Shown one piece after another: positions 46,926-59,943 of a stretch of DNA of 64,000 nt. The notes under the pieces are model-generated. The model was not told where the DNA came from and ran no database searches. It was given only the letters and a program-made list of their open reading frames with translations. Source of the DNA: Bugula neritina (taxonomy: Eukaryota > Animalia > Bryozoa); NCBI GenBank assembly GCA_964035545.1, contig OZ037765.1, positions 17,360,995-17,424,994 on the forward strand. The letters are read 5' to 3'. How positions within the stretch are numbered: position 1 is the first letter of the stretch; each line of letters starts with the position of its first letter. The translations under genes were made by a program, and so were the position numbers.

Positions 46926-47796
46926 TTAATATTCAAGTAATGTGGTTTCTAAAAGTTGTTTAGAATTGAAAAGGCTAGTATAATTGACTAGACTTTAGAG
47001 TATGTAAGTATTTTCTTAAAACTAAATTAATAGAATTTTGAACTATGGAGATACTGTAATTATTTTACTTTGTCGTATAAACTTGGGATTGTATCCTCCT
47101 GTTTTACATATCCACATTCTTTTGTCTTAAGGAGTGCAATATGCATTATATTACTGTAATTTAGTGATTCAACTATTAAATAATGAATGTTATCTGCTGG
47201 TATTGGATAAAATAGTTGTACGGAGCTAGCTATAGTTTAAAGTTTCCTCTGTTGCATAATACATGTATTGTAAAGTTTAAAGAAATACACTTTAGTAATA
47301 ATTATTGCTCTCAGAGGACCTTTGTTTTCAAAAACCAGGCCAACATTAAAACAAGTTTTATATTGACTAATTTAATTTCTATACAAAAAGTGTTATTGTT
47401 AACTTGGGTAGAAAAGGTTGAGCTGTGTGCGGTACTTAGCTGCTTATTCTAATGCTGCCATAGATTGTGCAGTGCAACTTTTCACCTGTGGTATGTTATG
47501 CTTTTATTTAATTCTTATTTTCTTTAACAGCAATGACAAATAAATTAGCTACAATTACTTCATTCTTTATCTACCCACTTTACTAGATTATCCCACTCTG
47601 ATACAATAAAGTCTCATGCGGTTTAATGAATTTATTTTAGGTGTTTGGAGAGAGTAAACAACAGCCTTTTGACTTCATTGTGTAATCAAACCAACTTATT
47701 AGCTAGCATCTGAATAGTTCAACAGCAGTATTTACTTGGGAGCTCTTGAGTTGCAGTTTTGGAAATATTATTGGTTAGTTTTAAATACCTTAAATT

Positions 47797-48723
47797 ATGC
47801 CTGGTAATAGAGTTCCACAAAACTCTGCTTCTAGCACTCATCAACGGATATTAACAGATCTTCAGACAGTGTATCAGAAGATAATACACACTGGTGGACC
47901 ACTCTTTCCTCTTAGATCCAAGGACAGTGTTAAATCTACCCGCTCATCAACAGCTCATTCTAAAAACAGACTTTTGGTTCTCTCAGCTAGTCCAGTATCT
48001 CCTAGCAGAGCTAAATCTGCAGGCAGCAAAATTGAGGAAATTGTTATAAAACCTCTTTGTATACATGATAGGAACATATCATTGTCTAGAAGTTGGAGGC
48101 ATCCTTCCTCTCTACCGTCTTCAAGTGGTAGTGTTATTTCTGTTGACTTTGGTTCAAATAGTAACCCTTCTGTCAGCCATTCTCAATTTTCTATAATGCC
48201 AGATTCTGCTGAACTGTCATCGGCTAGAAGGTGCAGATCTAGTGTGTCTTCTACACCCTCATCTGCAGTTGAATACAGTGAGCAAAGTATTCGCTACGTG
48301 GCTGAACAAGTGTCACTGGAACAAGCTAGACAGCTGAAATTAAGATCTAATATCACGGAACATCGTTTAGACAAAAAATATTTTGTTAGCGGTTCAAAAG
48401 TAAAGATAAGAAATCATGCTTTTGTAAAGGAGTCTAGCACCTCCAGTAGAACTAGTTATAAAAAAGGAACCCTTTACCATTGGCAGTCTAAAACACCCAA
48501 CTCTAATTTAAATTCTCTCAGTAGGAGAGACTTCCTGGTAAAAGGTAATCAGTTAAAGGACTCTGCTCATGGCGTAGGTTCTTCTAATCGTTCAGCTAGC
48601 AGTCACCGGGATCCCGATGAAACCAGCACTCCAACTGTATCCATACCTACTGCAAGTGCTGCTAATGTAGACGCTGTTGTTTCACCTTCAAATGTTGTAT
48701 CTAACAAACATATTGATGACTAA
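47797..48723 (+). CDS. Orphan Ser-rich, probably disordered protein, 308 aa, single coding exon
   Basis: 927-nt ATG-to-stop ORF in very AT-rich DNA, with locally higher GC and an upstream splice acceptor at 47640. No recognised domain. Confidence 0.65.
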   Translation: MPGNRVPQNSASSTHQRILTDLQTVYQKIIHTGGPLFPLRSKDSVKSTRSSTAHSKNRLLVLSASPVSPSRAKSAGSKIEEIVIKPLCIHDRNISLSRSWRHPSSLPSSSGSVISVDFGSNSNPSVSHSQFSIMPDSAELSSARRCRSSVSSTPSSAVEYSEQSIRYVAEQVSLEQARQLKLRSNITEHRLDKKYFVSGSKVKIRNHAFVKESSTSSRTSYKKGTLYHWQSKTPNSNLNSLSRRDFLVKGNQLKDSAHGVGSSNRSASSHRDPDETSTPTVSIPTASAANVDAVVSPSNVVSNKHIDD

Positions 48724-49541
48724 TTTCGTTGGCAATCACATTGAAGCTATTCCTTGCTCTCTCTAGGTAATAAAATTAAATTTGTATTGACATTATTTTT
48801 CTCCCATAGATTGTATTTTGTTAAAGCTATCACCAGTAACCTGTAGATATAGACATAAATGAAACCCAATTAGATAATATTGACTAAGTTTACCATGTTT
48901 GTTGTAAGTGTGTCTTTATGTGTGACCAAAACTTCCTACCAACATAACTTGTTTTTAAAGCTCTCTTTTTTCATCATTACTTGAAAATTAAATTTAATGT
49001 TTGATAACTAATTTAAAATTTAGCTACCAAAAACTAATAGTTTGCTATAAATATTGTATTTAGCCTGATTTTTCAAGAAATTGCAACAGCAAGATACTCG
49101 TGTTAAATCTATGCTGATGCTACCAAGTATTTATATCATTCTCAATAGCTATTAAATTATAAAATTTAGTGATTTGTTTGATAAATATATATTTTTCAAC
49201 TTTTAAAATATACGGTAATGATAAATGCATCCAAGATATACTACAATACGTAATTATCAAGAATTATAATGTAACCAGAGGCTAAAGATGTATAATAAAT
49301 TAATATCAGTATTAATTTAATAGCAATAATCGGAACATAATTTATACAAAATATGGAAGATAAAACAATATCAACAAAATAGCAACATTTAATAATATAA
49401 TAAGCTATTTTAAAAAGCATATATTGGTCTCTACTATGTATTATTTTAATAGCGTGGTGCAAAATTCTAAATTTAAATTAATATTATTATTGAAATTCAC
49501 TAATTTTTGAAGACTAGATTTTGACTAAACGTGAATAAAGT

Positions 49542-52500
49542 TCACGTGGAAAACAATTTTCCCATAAGCTTTTTCTTGTCTTCTAAATTTTTATTTCGAA
49601 TTGCATTGTCTAACTGTTGAAGATCAGCCTTGACTTTATTTGTTAGACTAGGGTCAACTGCACACACTCTTTTGTAGTCTTGCTTTGCATCATCTATTCG
49701 CCAAACCTCAGCATTAGCTTTAGCTCTCCTATACAACGCCTTTACATTATCTGTATAACAATATAACTGCCTGCTCAAAATTCTTCACAATTAACTAAAA
49801 GCATTATTGAAATTTCATTTTAAGAGTTGCTAAAATCTATGATTGACTAATACTGTAACTCAAACCCTCCATAATATTAGTAAAGCTATTCTTGCTCTCA
49901 TCAATAACCGTAATAATTATTACTTTTGGTATGAATTATACCAGCAATCAACTAAAAAAATGCATCAAGTAATCAGTTATAGAATACAGTTTATAGGAAA
50001 AGGGATGGACCATAAAAACCAACCTGGTTGTATGGCCAGAGCATCGGTAGTATGTTGAATCACTTCATACCAGTTGCCTTTGATGAGCTGGCACTGAGAG
50101 AAATTTAATAAAAGTGGAACTTTCTGTTCATCTAAGGCCTTTTGCTCCTCACTCCCTGGTCTTTCTCTAAACACACATACATGCAGTTTCACATTTTAGG
50201 TTTATCATCAGGAAACAACATTAGGTAGTGGTGATAAAACAGTTGGCACTTGGAAAGATAGTTGCTAAGCAGTTATTACTGTAAGCAATACTCCTGATAA
50301 TACTCACTGCATAGCTAGTCTTTCTATCAGGCCTATTGCTAATGCATATTTATCAGCAGCCAACTCATATTCTTTCCCTTTGTATAGATTGTTACCCTCT
50401 TCCTTCAGCTTTGGTATCTGAGAAGTTTTTTCTAGAGAGGACATGGCCCATGCATCTTTTTCATAGCTGCCTGGTGTTTCAATATCCAGCACTTCTGTAA
50501 CAAGCATTTAAGACAAGCAATTATATGAACCAGAATAATATAAAAATCACATGTGAAATGTAGGATTATTAATAGAAGAGTAAGTAACCATTAAAATATT
50601 TACAGTAATATATATAGGTACTAAGTATTACATACAGATACCAAAAATAAATTGAAGCATTTTGGCTTACTGCCCAAGAAAGGTTTAATAAATTACACAA
50701 TAGCAACTAAACTTGAAACATCTTACCAAGAATAAACTCTAAAGGCTGGGGATTTTGTACGAGTTCATTAAGATCATCATAGCCTAAACCATTTTTATTC
50801 ATTGCTGCCATAGCACAACATTGACTGGAAACCGGAGTATGTGAATGAGATTTCTCTAAGAATATCTCTCGGAGACTTCGAGAAACCAAAGGATAAGTTC
50901 CTGTCAACTAGAAATCATGCATATAATAGACATGTTAACTAAGAGATGCTTTGTCATCACTAATTTTTAAAAGTACAAGGTAGTCTTATGCTTTAAATGC
51001 TCTGATCAAACAAGTGCCTTTGTTATTCAAAAGTTAGATATTGGCTATCAACACATGATTAATTGGTGAATCACCAGTCTCTCATGTATCCGCCAATTGG
51101 ATCTCAGCTCAGTTCAATTGTTTTTCCCATTACATTATCAGTTTCATATTGGATATTTTAGTTCTCTTAAGTGAAGATAATCGTAGCTGGAAATAGTTTA
51201 CATAACTGACCCCCATCCTTGGAAGGGTGCAATTAGAAATTGTAACCAGACCAGTGTGATTAAAAAATAAACATTTTATTACAGATATAAAGTATCACAA
51301 TTTAAATATCTTCTCTTGTCTAAAACTCATATAATGTAAATTTATTGGTAGAAGATATTGGCTTTTGTTTAAAGCTGCATGTACACAGGCCAATTTTTCA
51401 TGAAAATCGCCGATAAACTGTTAGCGATTTTTTACAATTTCTAAATTAAGCAATGGGGCCAAATTTATACGGAAATTTATAAATGGAAAGGCATTGAAAA
51501 ATATTCTACATTCAATGATATAAAAACAAAAATACAGCTTAGAAAACAGCTAGCAAAATACAAATTAATAAAGGTTGTGGTAACAAGGTGCTAAAAGCTA
51601 ATGCAAAACAAATAGTCCAACATAATGGATTTGTAAAACTATGCACTAATATTTTTAGTTTTATCACAATGTTACAATTGCAGGGCTTTCATGATAACAA
51701 AACCTTCAACTGTCATCTACACTAAAAAATGGGTTTTGATGAGTTACATCACAATTGTTTCAATTGTAAAAAACAGTACATGTGCACATAAAATACACAT
51801 ATCGACAGTATTAGACATATTTACCTTTTCATCTATGGTGAAGGATGATATTTCTCCACAAGTCATCGACTTTAAGCACTCTTCCCAAGGCTCAAACTTA
51901 AACTTTTTTCCAAAAATAATTTCCATTGGTTCCTTGTGTTTTCTACTATCATCTATAATCTTTTGTCCTTCATCAACAGTTCTTGTAACATAATGAAATT
52001 TTACCTACAACAGAAGTCAACAGTTCAGCCTCATAGTATGCCAATTACATGTTTTTTTAGTCTTGGCTTTGCATAACCAATATGATAAAAACTAGAAAGC
52101 ATCGTAACAAAAATTTTATCTTTCTCTAAAGTCTAAATCAATTTGCATGTAGTTTTAAAAATAGATAAAGGAGGTTCTCCCAATTTGGGTATCAACCAAA
52201 GCGAAATTTTTTGTAGGTTACAATTTTGAAGGTGCCCAGCTTTTGAGATTAGCAATACACTGCCAAACTATTATACGAGTATCATGTGGCTCACGGCTTT
52301 AAAATTCTACTCAAATTTGTCTCCATTGCAGTCAACTCTCTTTAAAGTTTCTATAATGTTAAAATCATCTAGAATAAGTTGTATTTTATGACTTGATTAA
52401 CATTTATACAAATAATGAGCAGACATAGGTGATGTAATGGACTTTTTGTAAAGGAAAGCGAGTTATTTATTTTTCAGCAGTAAAAATTTCTTTTACATTT

Positions 52501-53287
52501 ACAAGAAGCTCAAACGAACAAATATGTTGTACTAATGCTTAAGCGCTTAAAGCCTAAATGAATGCTCAGCGTCAAGTGGTGTATATAAAGAAGACAACTC
52601 TGAAACACTTCGTGAAATTTCATTATATTAAGTAAGCCTAGGGCCACACTGTGCGTATTTTCGCATGCGAAAATTGAAATCACAAGTAGCAGAGGTGTCG
52701 ACTGTAGCGTCAGTGATGCGTGATAAATAAAGCTTTCATTTTCAAATCGCACTCGCTTTCAATAGAACGCAATTTGCTGGAATGTAGCACTAAATTAAAG
52801 AAATTGGGCTCGCTGAATAGCTACCAGCCAATTAGGTGACGATGACAGAGACGATTCGCACTTGTCGCTCAGCATTTTCAACGCAAGTGCGAACGTTTTC
52901 TCAACGCGCACAGTGGACACCTTTGCTACTTGTGATTTCAATTTTCGCATGCGAAAATACGCACCGTGTGGCCCTAGGCTAACTGTAAAATATATATATA
53001 TTCATCACAAGTCATCACCAGGTAAAAAGATCTTTCTTGGTTGCCTGTAGTAAACACACAACTCCTGATTGTAGAATAAAGAGATTTTTCAAAATTAATT
53101 TACCATTTTTGTGAATATTTGTGCTAATCTAGGAAAATATTATTAATAATTTTAGCTTATAGCTCATATTGTATACATAGTAGCTAAAAGAAAATACTGT
53201 TAGACTAACCTTAGTATCTGGTGGATAGTTTAACTTTTGCTTTTGTCCTGACTGAATTATTCTCTTTTTAATTAGACAGTTTTCCAT
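49542..53287 (-). CDS. AIP: AH receptor-interacting protein (FKBP-like domain + TPR repeats), multi-exon
   Basis: MENCLIKKRIIQSG...DTK / VKFHYV...PMEIIFGKKFKFEPWEECLKSM / YPLVSRSLR...CC...LGYDDLNEL..PQPLEFI / LKEEGNNLYK / PLLLNFSQCQL / NVKALYRRAKANAEVW. Confidence 0.95.
52636..52979. mobile_element. Harbinger/Tourist-like MITE in AIP intron 1
   Basis: About 70-bp imperfect TIR GCCTAGGGCCACAC(T/G)GTGCGTATTTTCGCATGCGAAAATTGAAATCACAAGTAGCA with TAA on both sides. Confidence 0.9.
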
Positions 53288-54671
53288 ACTGTTTAAACCT
53301 TCTGTATGCTATAAAATATCATCTCTTTAGTCAGAAAGTCAAAAGTAAAAAATTTTGAGAGGTGAAGGTTATAACAAAATAGTTTTCCAAAAGTCACTCC
53401 CAGTATTAGTGTTTAGAATTCTATGGTTGTTTTATTGATAAAATTAACAACAATTAAGTGAAATCACTAATATAAGGTGTAAAATAGTAAAATTAACTTT
53501 ATATACAAATAATAGCAACTGAAATATTTATATTAAATATTAAATTACTTTTAGCAGGTCAAAATCAAATTCAACATTTGTATTTTTTCAATTATAGCAA
53601 GTGCAGAAATATGATTATCTTAGTAACCTTAGGTCTTAATAAAAAAAATTTACTTATGTAGGGGAAGCTATAAATTATATAAAATAATTTAGAGGCTGCA
53701 CATTTCTAATTGTTTTGTTATAGCGATACTCACTACGGTGGTACAGTTATAGCTGTCACAGTGTGAAGGCAAATTTGAAAGTGGTTATTATTATGGCATT
53801 GAGAAAAAAGAAAAATTATTTTCACTTATTTACTCTCACTATGTCTATGACCTTTATTGCTCGCTTACTCAGTCACTGTAATAGTTGTGATTACATTTAA
53901 TACTGTTCTACTTATATTATAGTGATACCCATACCATCACCTATACTGAGTTTTGGTATCTTACGTGATGCTATTGTTGCAGAGCCTGATTTCTATTTAT
54001 TTACAAATAAAAAACTTTAATTTGGATTTGAAAAAATACAAACCATTTATATTGGCCTTTGAATGCAATTATATTTTCTATAATTTATAGTTTAAGTAAT
54101 GACACAATCATTGATAAACTTATATTGAAATGATTGGCAGTCAGTAGCATTGATTCAACTACTGTCAAAGTGACTTGGTCCCTCATCAGGCAAATAACTT
54201 GCAAGGGGAAGCAAGATAAGCATAATTAATGCAAGACTGCATACAATTACATTAACATGCCACTTTGCACTTGCAGAGTTTTATTGATGTGACAGTCACG
54301 GTATACTCATACAGCATGATTATGAGTATCACTGCATGAATATAAGTATCCCTATTAACTTAAGACTAGGTTAGGTGTTTTATAAGTTTGAAATTATAGT
54401 TAAAATTATGTCTTCCATTTCAATTTTTCACCATCAGTAACCACAATTACAATGTGAATGTAAAATTTATTAAATATATTTATGAACCATTATAATAATG
54501 ATCATATGTTACTAATTATCACCCAATATCCAGCCATTGCATTTAGTTTTACTGATTATAATATTAATATTAATAAAAATTGGCATTGCTAAAAGTAAAT
54601 TCAACATAAAATTATGAATCAGAATAGCAACTTATAATTTGAATAATAACTCAGTTTGATTTTAAAGTTAA

Positions 54672-55172
54672 AGAATCCCTGACACACTTCACTCGTGCAG
54701 TATTAAAATATTCTTATATATATTACTTTTCATCTACATACTGTTTTACGCTTGGATGCCTAAATAATTTTGTTTTATAATAATATTTGTGTGAGTATGT
54801 GCTGAAATGATTTGGGATTTCAGATTGCTTGGAAATGTTTCCGGTTGACTTTAACTTTACGGCTACTACAAAACTTATACTAATTATAGCTAATTTTCAT
54901 TGCATGCTATTTTTAGCAGCTGCACTGCATAGCATAACCACTGATATGGCTTGAAAGTTCAAAGTTTAAACTTTCAAGCCATCTCATTTCATTCTCATCT
55001 CATTCTCATTTTTAAAAGATCTGAAATCCCAAATTATCTCAGCACATACACGCACAAAAGTCATTATAAAACAAAATTGTTTAGGCATCCAACCTTGAAA
55101 CAGTATGTAGATGAAAACTAACATATATAAAAATATTTTAATACTGCATAAGTGAAGTGTGTCAGGGATTCC
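54672..55172. mobile_element. TTAA-target MITE (Kolobok-like) with about 150-bp imperfect TIRs
   Basis: TTAA|AGAATCCCTGACACACTTCACT ... AGTGAAGTGTGTCAGGGATTCC|TTAA. Purine-purine termini plus a TTAA TSD fit Kolobok. Confidence 0.85.
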
Positions 55173-57501
55173 TTAACATTTCTGTCAGCTTTTTTATTAT
55201 TATAGCAATAATTATAATAGTAATGATAGTAGATAGTAGAACTCGATAGTAGAACTAGAGGTAAATAGTAATAATATTGATTTCATTGTGACAAGGATGA
55301 TGTTAATGATAGGTTAAGCCTAATGGTATTATTATAATATTTCATATTTGTAATAATATTACAGCTATTGTTATCCATAACCATACTATTATTTGTAATC
55401 ATAATCAGGTGTCACAATAATAATCACCTTATCATAATGATAATCATGATGATATTAACTATTAAGTTTATTTGTAATAACAATGACTAGTAATTATTCC
55501 ATTACACTTATAATTTACAGTCTATCACTATGAGTAATAGTGATATTTTCCATAATATAAATATAGTATTACTAATACTAGTACTAATAGTAATACTAGT
55601 AATACTAGAAGTACAACTAAAACTATAAGTATAAGCATAAGTATTACTATTACTATTAGTACACCTACTATAAGATTACCATAAGTATAAGTATATCACT
55701 ATGAATATGATTATCTGTATTAGTATAACATCAACTATAAGTCACAAGTGTAACACAACTTGAACTAATGTTCACTTTTTAGTTTTTGCTGTAGTCTGAA
55801 CGAGCCATGGCCAATATGAATATCAATATGAATATGGCAATAGCCATAGGGCATAGGCAATAGGCATAACCATAGGCATAACTCATAGGTCTTTGTCTTG
55901 TGGTTAAAACATTATGATCAAGTTTAACTATTCAAATTAAATTCGAGCACAAAATGAAAATAAACTTAAATACTTTGCAGAAACTGAAAGTAAGTCCAGG
56001 TATTCCGTATTGGTAACTAACTCATTAAACTTAGTCATTAATTTTGAATTTAAATAGATGTAATTCACTAATTGTAATAACTAATACGTTATAATTATAA
56101 ATATTTAATAAGAATAATTTAATCTCATAGTTGCTGTTGTAATCATAAATATATGCAAACATCATCATTATGATTATCATTATGATTATGAAATTTAATT
56201 TTATAATTTATAATTATTATAATTATATTTACAATTATATTAATAATAATATTATAATTATTAAACCTAACTATCAGTATTACTAAAGATAAGGGTCATA
56301 TAACTATACCATTACTATTAGTATTATTATTAGTATTCGTATATGTATTACTATAATTATATTTACTAATCAGTCTAATGTCATACAAAGACATGCATTA
56401 CAAGCAAGCTAAAATATACCTTTGACCCTTTGACCCTACAAGTGCATAAATTACAGAGTTATCCTACCCGTTTTATACGAGGCAACTCAATGGTGGCTCC
56501 AAAGAAAACGTTATCATAATGTACTGTTATAAGCCAACCGCTTGGGCACTAATTTTTCGAACTTAAAACAGCTTGAAATTAAATATTTATTACATATTTA
56601 TTACATATTCTGACAAAGTTTAAATGCTTACAAAGCTGAAACCACTGTGACCATTACTCTGGTCCCTTAAAACGAATGCGCTAGTCACACTTGAATTTAT
56701 ATCAAATATGTTTATATGATAGTAGAAGTTTTGCAGTATGTCTGGCAAACCAATTGCTCAAAATATTCTATGGCATACACTTATTTATTTCTAGTAAGGA
56801 CTTTAATTGTCTTATTGGCAAGTTATAAAGGAAGAAAAAAATCACTGTGCTCATTATACTTGTAATATACACTACAACGTATCATGAATAAATATTTAAT
56901 CTGTTCTAGCTTTTATAAGCAAACGCCTACAAAATTTTGCATATTTATTTTTATTGCAAAGATTTCGACAATTTTTATATAGCTTATAGAAACTATATTC
57001 AATTATAGACACTATTGTTGTCAATAACTTTAAAGTGTAAAAGATTTTAATGAATTATATTTATAGATATTACACAGTCTACATTGTGTGTTGAATAATT
57101 ACACTACAATTAGCATTGATATACTTTGCTGAATACTATAGCATAACGATCATATGCACATAGTCAGGGTGACTATAAAAAGCTATTTTATTTTGATTTT
57201 TGTATATAGCATACATGCACAATCACTTTTAATAAATTATGAGATGATAACTTTTTGCAGTAATCACGTATTCATAACTTGACTAATTTAGAGTCATCAC
57301 AAAATAACTTTGTATAAAAAACTGGTGACATTTGATCATCTATAACATAGCATTACTCTATTTACATCATACAAATATTATATTATATTATTGTGAAACA
57401 TGCCTTGAGGTTTTTTCCCCTCAACTCTGTTGCACAAAGTTGTATTGTGGAGTTGTCTCTACTAAAAGAGTGTTTGTATAAATCTTCTATAAGCATGTTT
57501 C

Positions 57502-57984
57502 CGATCACGTGATCGTGAGGTAATGGCTATAGTGCAAAGCTCAAAATAGATTTTAGATTTGCAAGAAAACTAAAACTTCTGAGTCATAGTTAACTGCTTT
57601 AAAAAATAATAAATAAAATTTATTTTTAAATTATTATATAAAAAACACAAAAATAAATAATTTAAATTAATATATATGCATTTCTTATGTTTTTTAGTAA
57701 AATAGCATTCACATTTTCTTCTAAAGATAACTAACGCGTTGTAGTTTAAAGTTTTAACTTTAACTAAACGCAAGTATTATTGGCCTAATCTTTCAGGTCA
57801 TTAGTTACGTCATGCATTCAGACCTCACCTCCGTTGATAAAACAGCTAAGGCAGTTCTCCAAACAACCAATTTCAGCTACATGTTCTTAAAGGCAAGGTA
57901 AGGCGAGAGCTCGACAGAATCGACATCCAACTGTTGGAGCAACTGTTGCCCGAAAAGTCACAAATATCAACGTATATGGTGAGT
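57502..57984 (+). promoter_or_regulatory. Putative promoter and non-coding first exon of the BTG/Tob gene
   Basis: Palindromic E-box CGATCACGTGATCG (57502-57515), CRE-like TTACGTCA near 57805, donor ATG|GTGAGT at 57978/57979 and acceptor TTTTGTAG at about 59375. Confidence 0.45.
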
Positions 57985-59394
57985 TTATGTAACAGTTATA
58001 CTTATTCATTCATTGTTTACAATCACTGTGAGTCAGAGTGTGACACTCACACTGAATTACTATTAGAGTATTAGTATTACTATTACTAGTATTACTATTG
58101 TCTATTAGTACCAGACACAAGGTCAAGTGTCGACACATTCAATTTTATTTTCACTGTCAACAAGTGAAAATAAAATGCAAATCAAAAATTTTATGGCAAT
58201 TCTTGTAAATTTGTTTATTTTAAATTTATAAATTTAAAATTAATTTTAATTTTATAATTGGTATTATTAAATTGTATCAGTTAGTGTTACACGTACTGTT
58301 GTAGTGTTTAGACTTTAAATGTTAAAAGTTAGATAGTATAAGTAAAATTTTAATTTAAGCAGTAAGACTGAGAGTAAGTATAACACAAACAAAACAGTAA
58401 CCTAGAGTTATTGTTAATGAGCAACTGTAATTCACAATCACTGTGTAAGTCAAAGTGGGGGTAAAGCTAAGTCAACGATTCTCGTTCTGAATACTAATAG
58501 TCACTGTAATGCTAATAAGTAATAGTAAATGTAATACTAATAGTAATAGTAATACTAAGTCTAATGCTATAAGTAATAGTAATAGTGATGCTAGTGTTTG
58601 AAATTATTGTAAATTGAAGTAATAGTAATACTAATAGGGATAGATTTATAGTTATACTTGTACTTATTGAGTTATGCTATTAGTATTACTATTAGTATTA
58701 CATTTACTGTAAGTGTATTAATATTACTATCATATTTATAGTATAAGTATTAGTATAACTTGAAATTATAGTTGGTAAGCTATTCAATTAGTTGTACTTA
58801 GAATTCAAATTGTACTCTACTCTCACTCTGTGCTTATCATTATCTTTAATCTATAACTATAAGTAAAGTATAACTATATTTTATAGTTATAATTATATAT
58901 TTTAAATTTATTAACTAATCGGTATCACTGTTGGTGTTAAACTGAAACTTTAAGCTTGTGCCACAGTTTTGTACTTCCACTCATTTTCTTTTTGATTCTT
59001 ATAGCAACTTGGCTATAGCTTCAATTATAAGTATATATATAATAATAGTTATTTATTTGTTAATATTGATACTTGTATATATATATTATTTCTTGGATTA
59101 GCAATAGCACCACTCAGTTTCTCTATCAGTATCTGTACAATTCCATATAGACTGTAGTATTCTATGCCAATATTAACAGCTGCTAAAGTTTTTAAAAAGT
59201 TTTATTAAATAGGCTTTTCTAGTTGAAATGCTTGAATTTGAATAGATCCAATAAGCATCCTGTAACTATAAGCTTATCTGCTGCATTTTGCTGTGCATTA
59301 ACTAATGGCTACACACAAGTGGACTTGAAAAATTTATTATCATAAAATAAGTTTAGTGTGTTCCATCTTTTGTAGATTATCAATTACCACAAAC

Positions 59395-59943
59395 ATGCTA
59401 AAAGAAGTCAATGCAGCAGTAGTGTTTTTGTCCAAGTTTCTTCAAAGAAAGCTAAACAAGGATAGTTTAGACCACTTCAAACAGGCTCTAAGAGAAAGAT
59501 TGCATGTTCACTACAAAGACCATTGGTTTCCTGCAGTTCCAGATAGAGGTTCTGGCTACAGATGCATTCGAATTAATAGTCAAGTAATGGATCCATTAAT
59601 CTACTCTGTTGTTCAAGAAACTGGAATTTCAAATGTAAATCTGCAGAAGTTGTTCCCAGATGAACTTACAATGTGGGTGGACCCAAAAACCGTCTCTTAC
59701 AGGATAGGGGAAAATGGGAGTATTGGACAGCTTGATTTGGTAGAAGACCAACAACCCGCTATTCAAAAAGGTGCAAAAGACTGGACAATTGGATCTCCAT
59801 CATCATACATTGAAAACTCAAAAATACTACTAGCTTCTTGCAAGGGGCAAGTGGTTCGTGGACTGTCTTCTCACAGTGGGTCCCACCCTCATTCGGTAAT
59901 GAGATTGCCTGTGTCTCGCCCTTGTGTAACCATGATGGCATAG
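59395..59943 (+). CDS. BTG: BTG/Tob family antiproliferative protein, 182 aa
   Basis: MLKEVNAAVVFL..., Box A HYKDHWFPAVPDRGSGYRCIRIN and Box B LFPDELTMWVDPKTVSYRIGE. Confidence 0.95.
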   Translation: MLKEVNAAVVFLSKFLQRKLNKDSLDHFKQALRERLHVHYKDHWFPAVPDRGSGYRCIRINSQVMDPLIYSVVQETGISNVNLQKLFPDELTMWVDPKTVSYRIGENGSIGQLDLVEDQQPAIQKGAKDWTIGSPSSYIENSKILLASCKGQVVRGLSSHSGSHPHSVMRLPVSRPCVTMMA

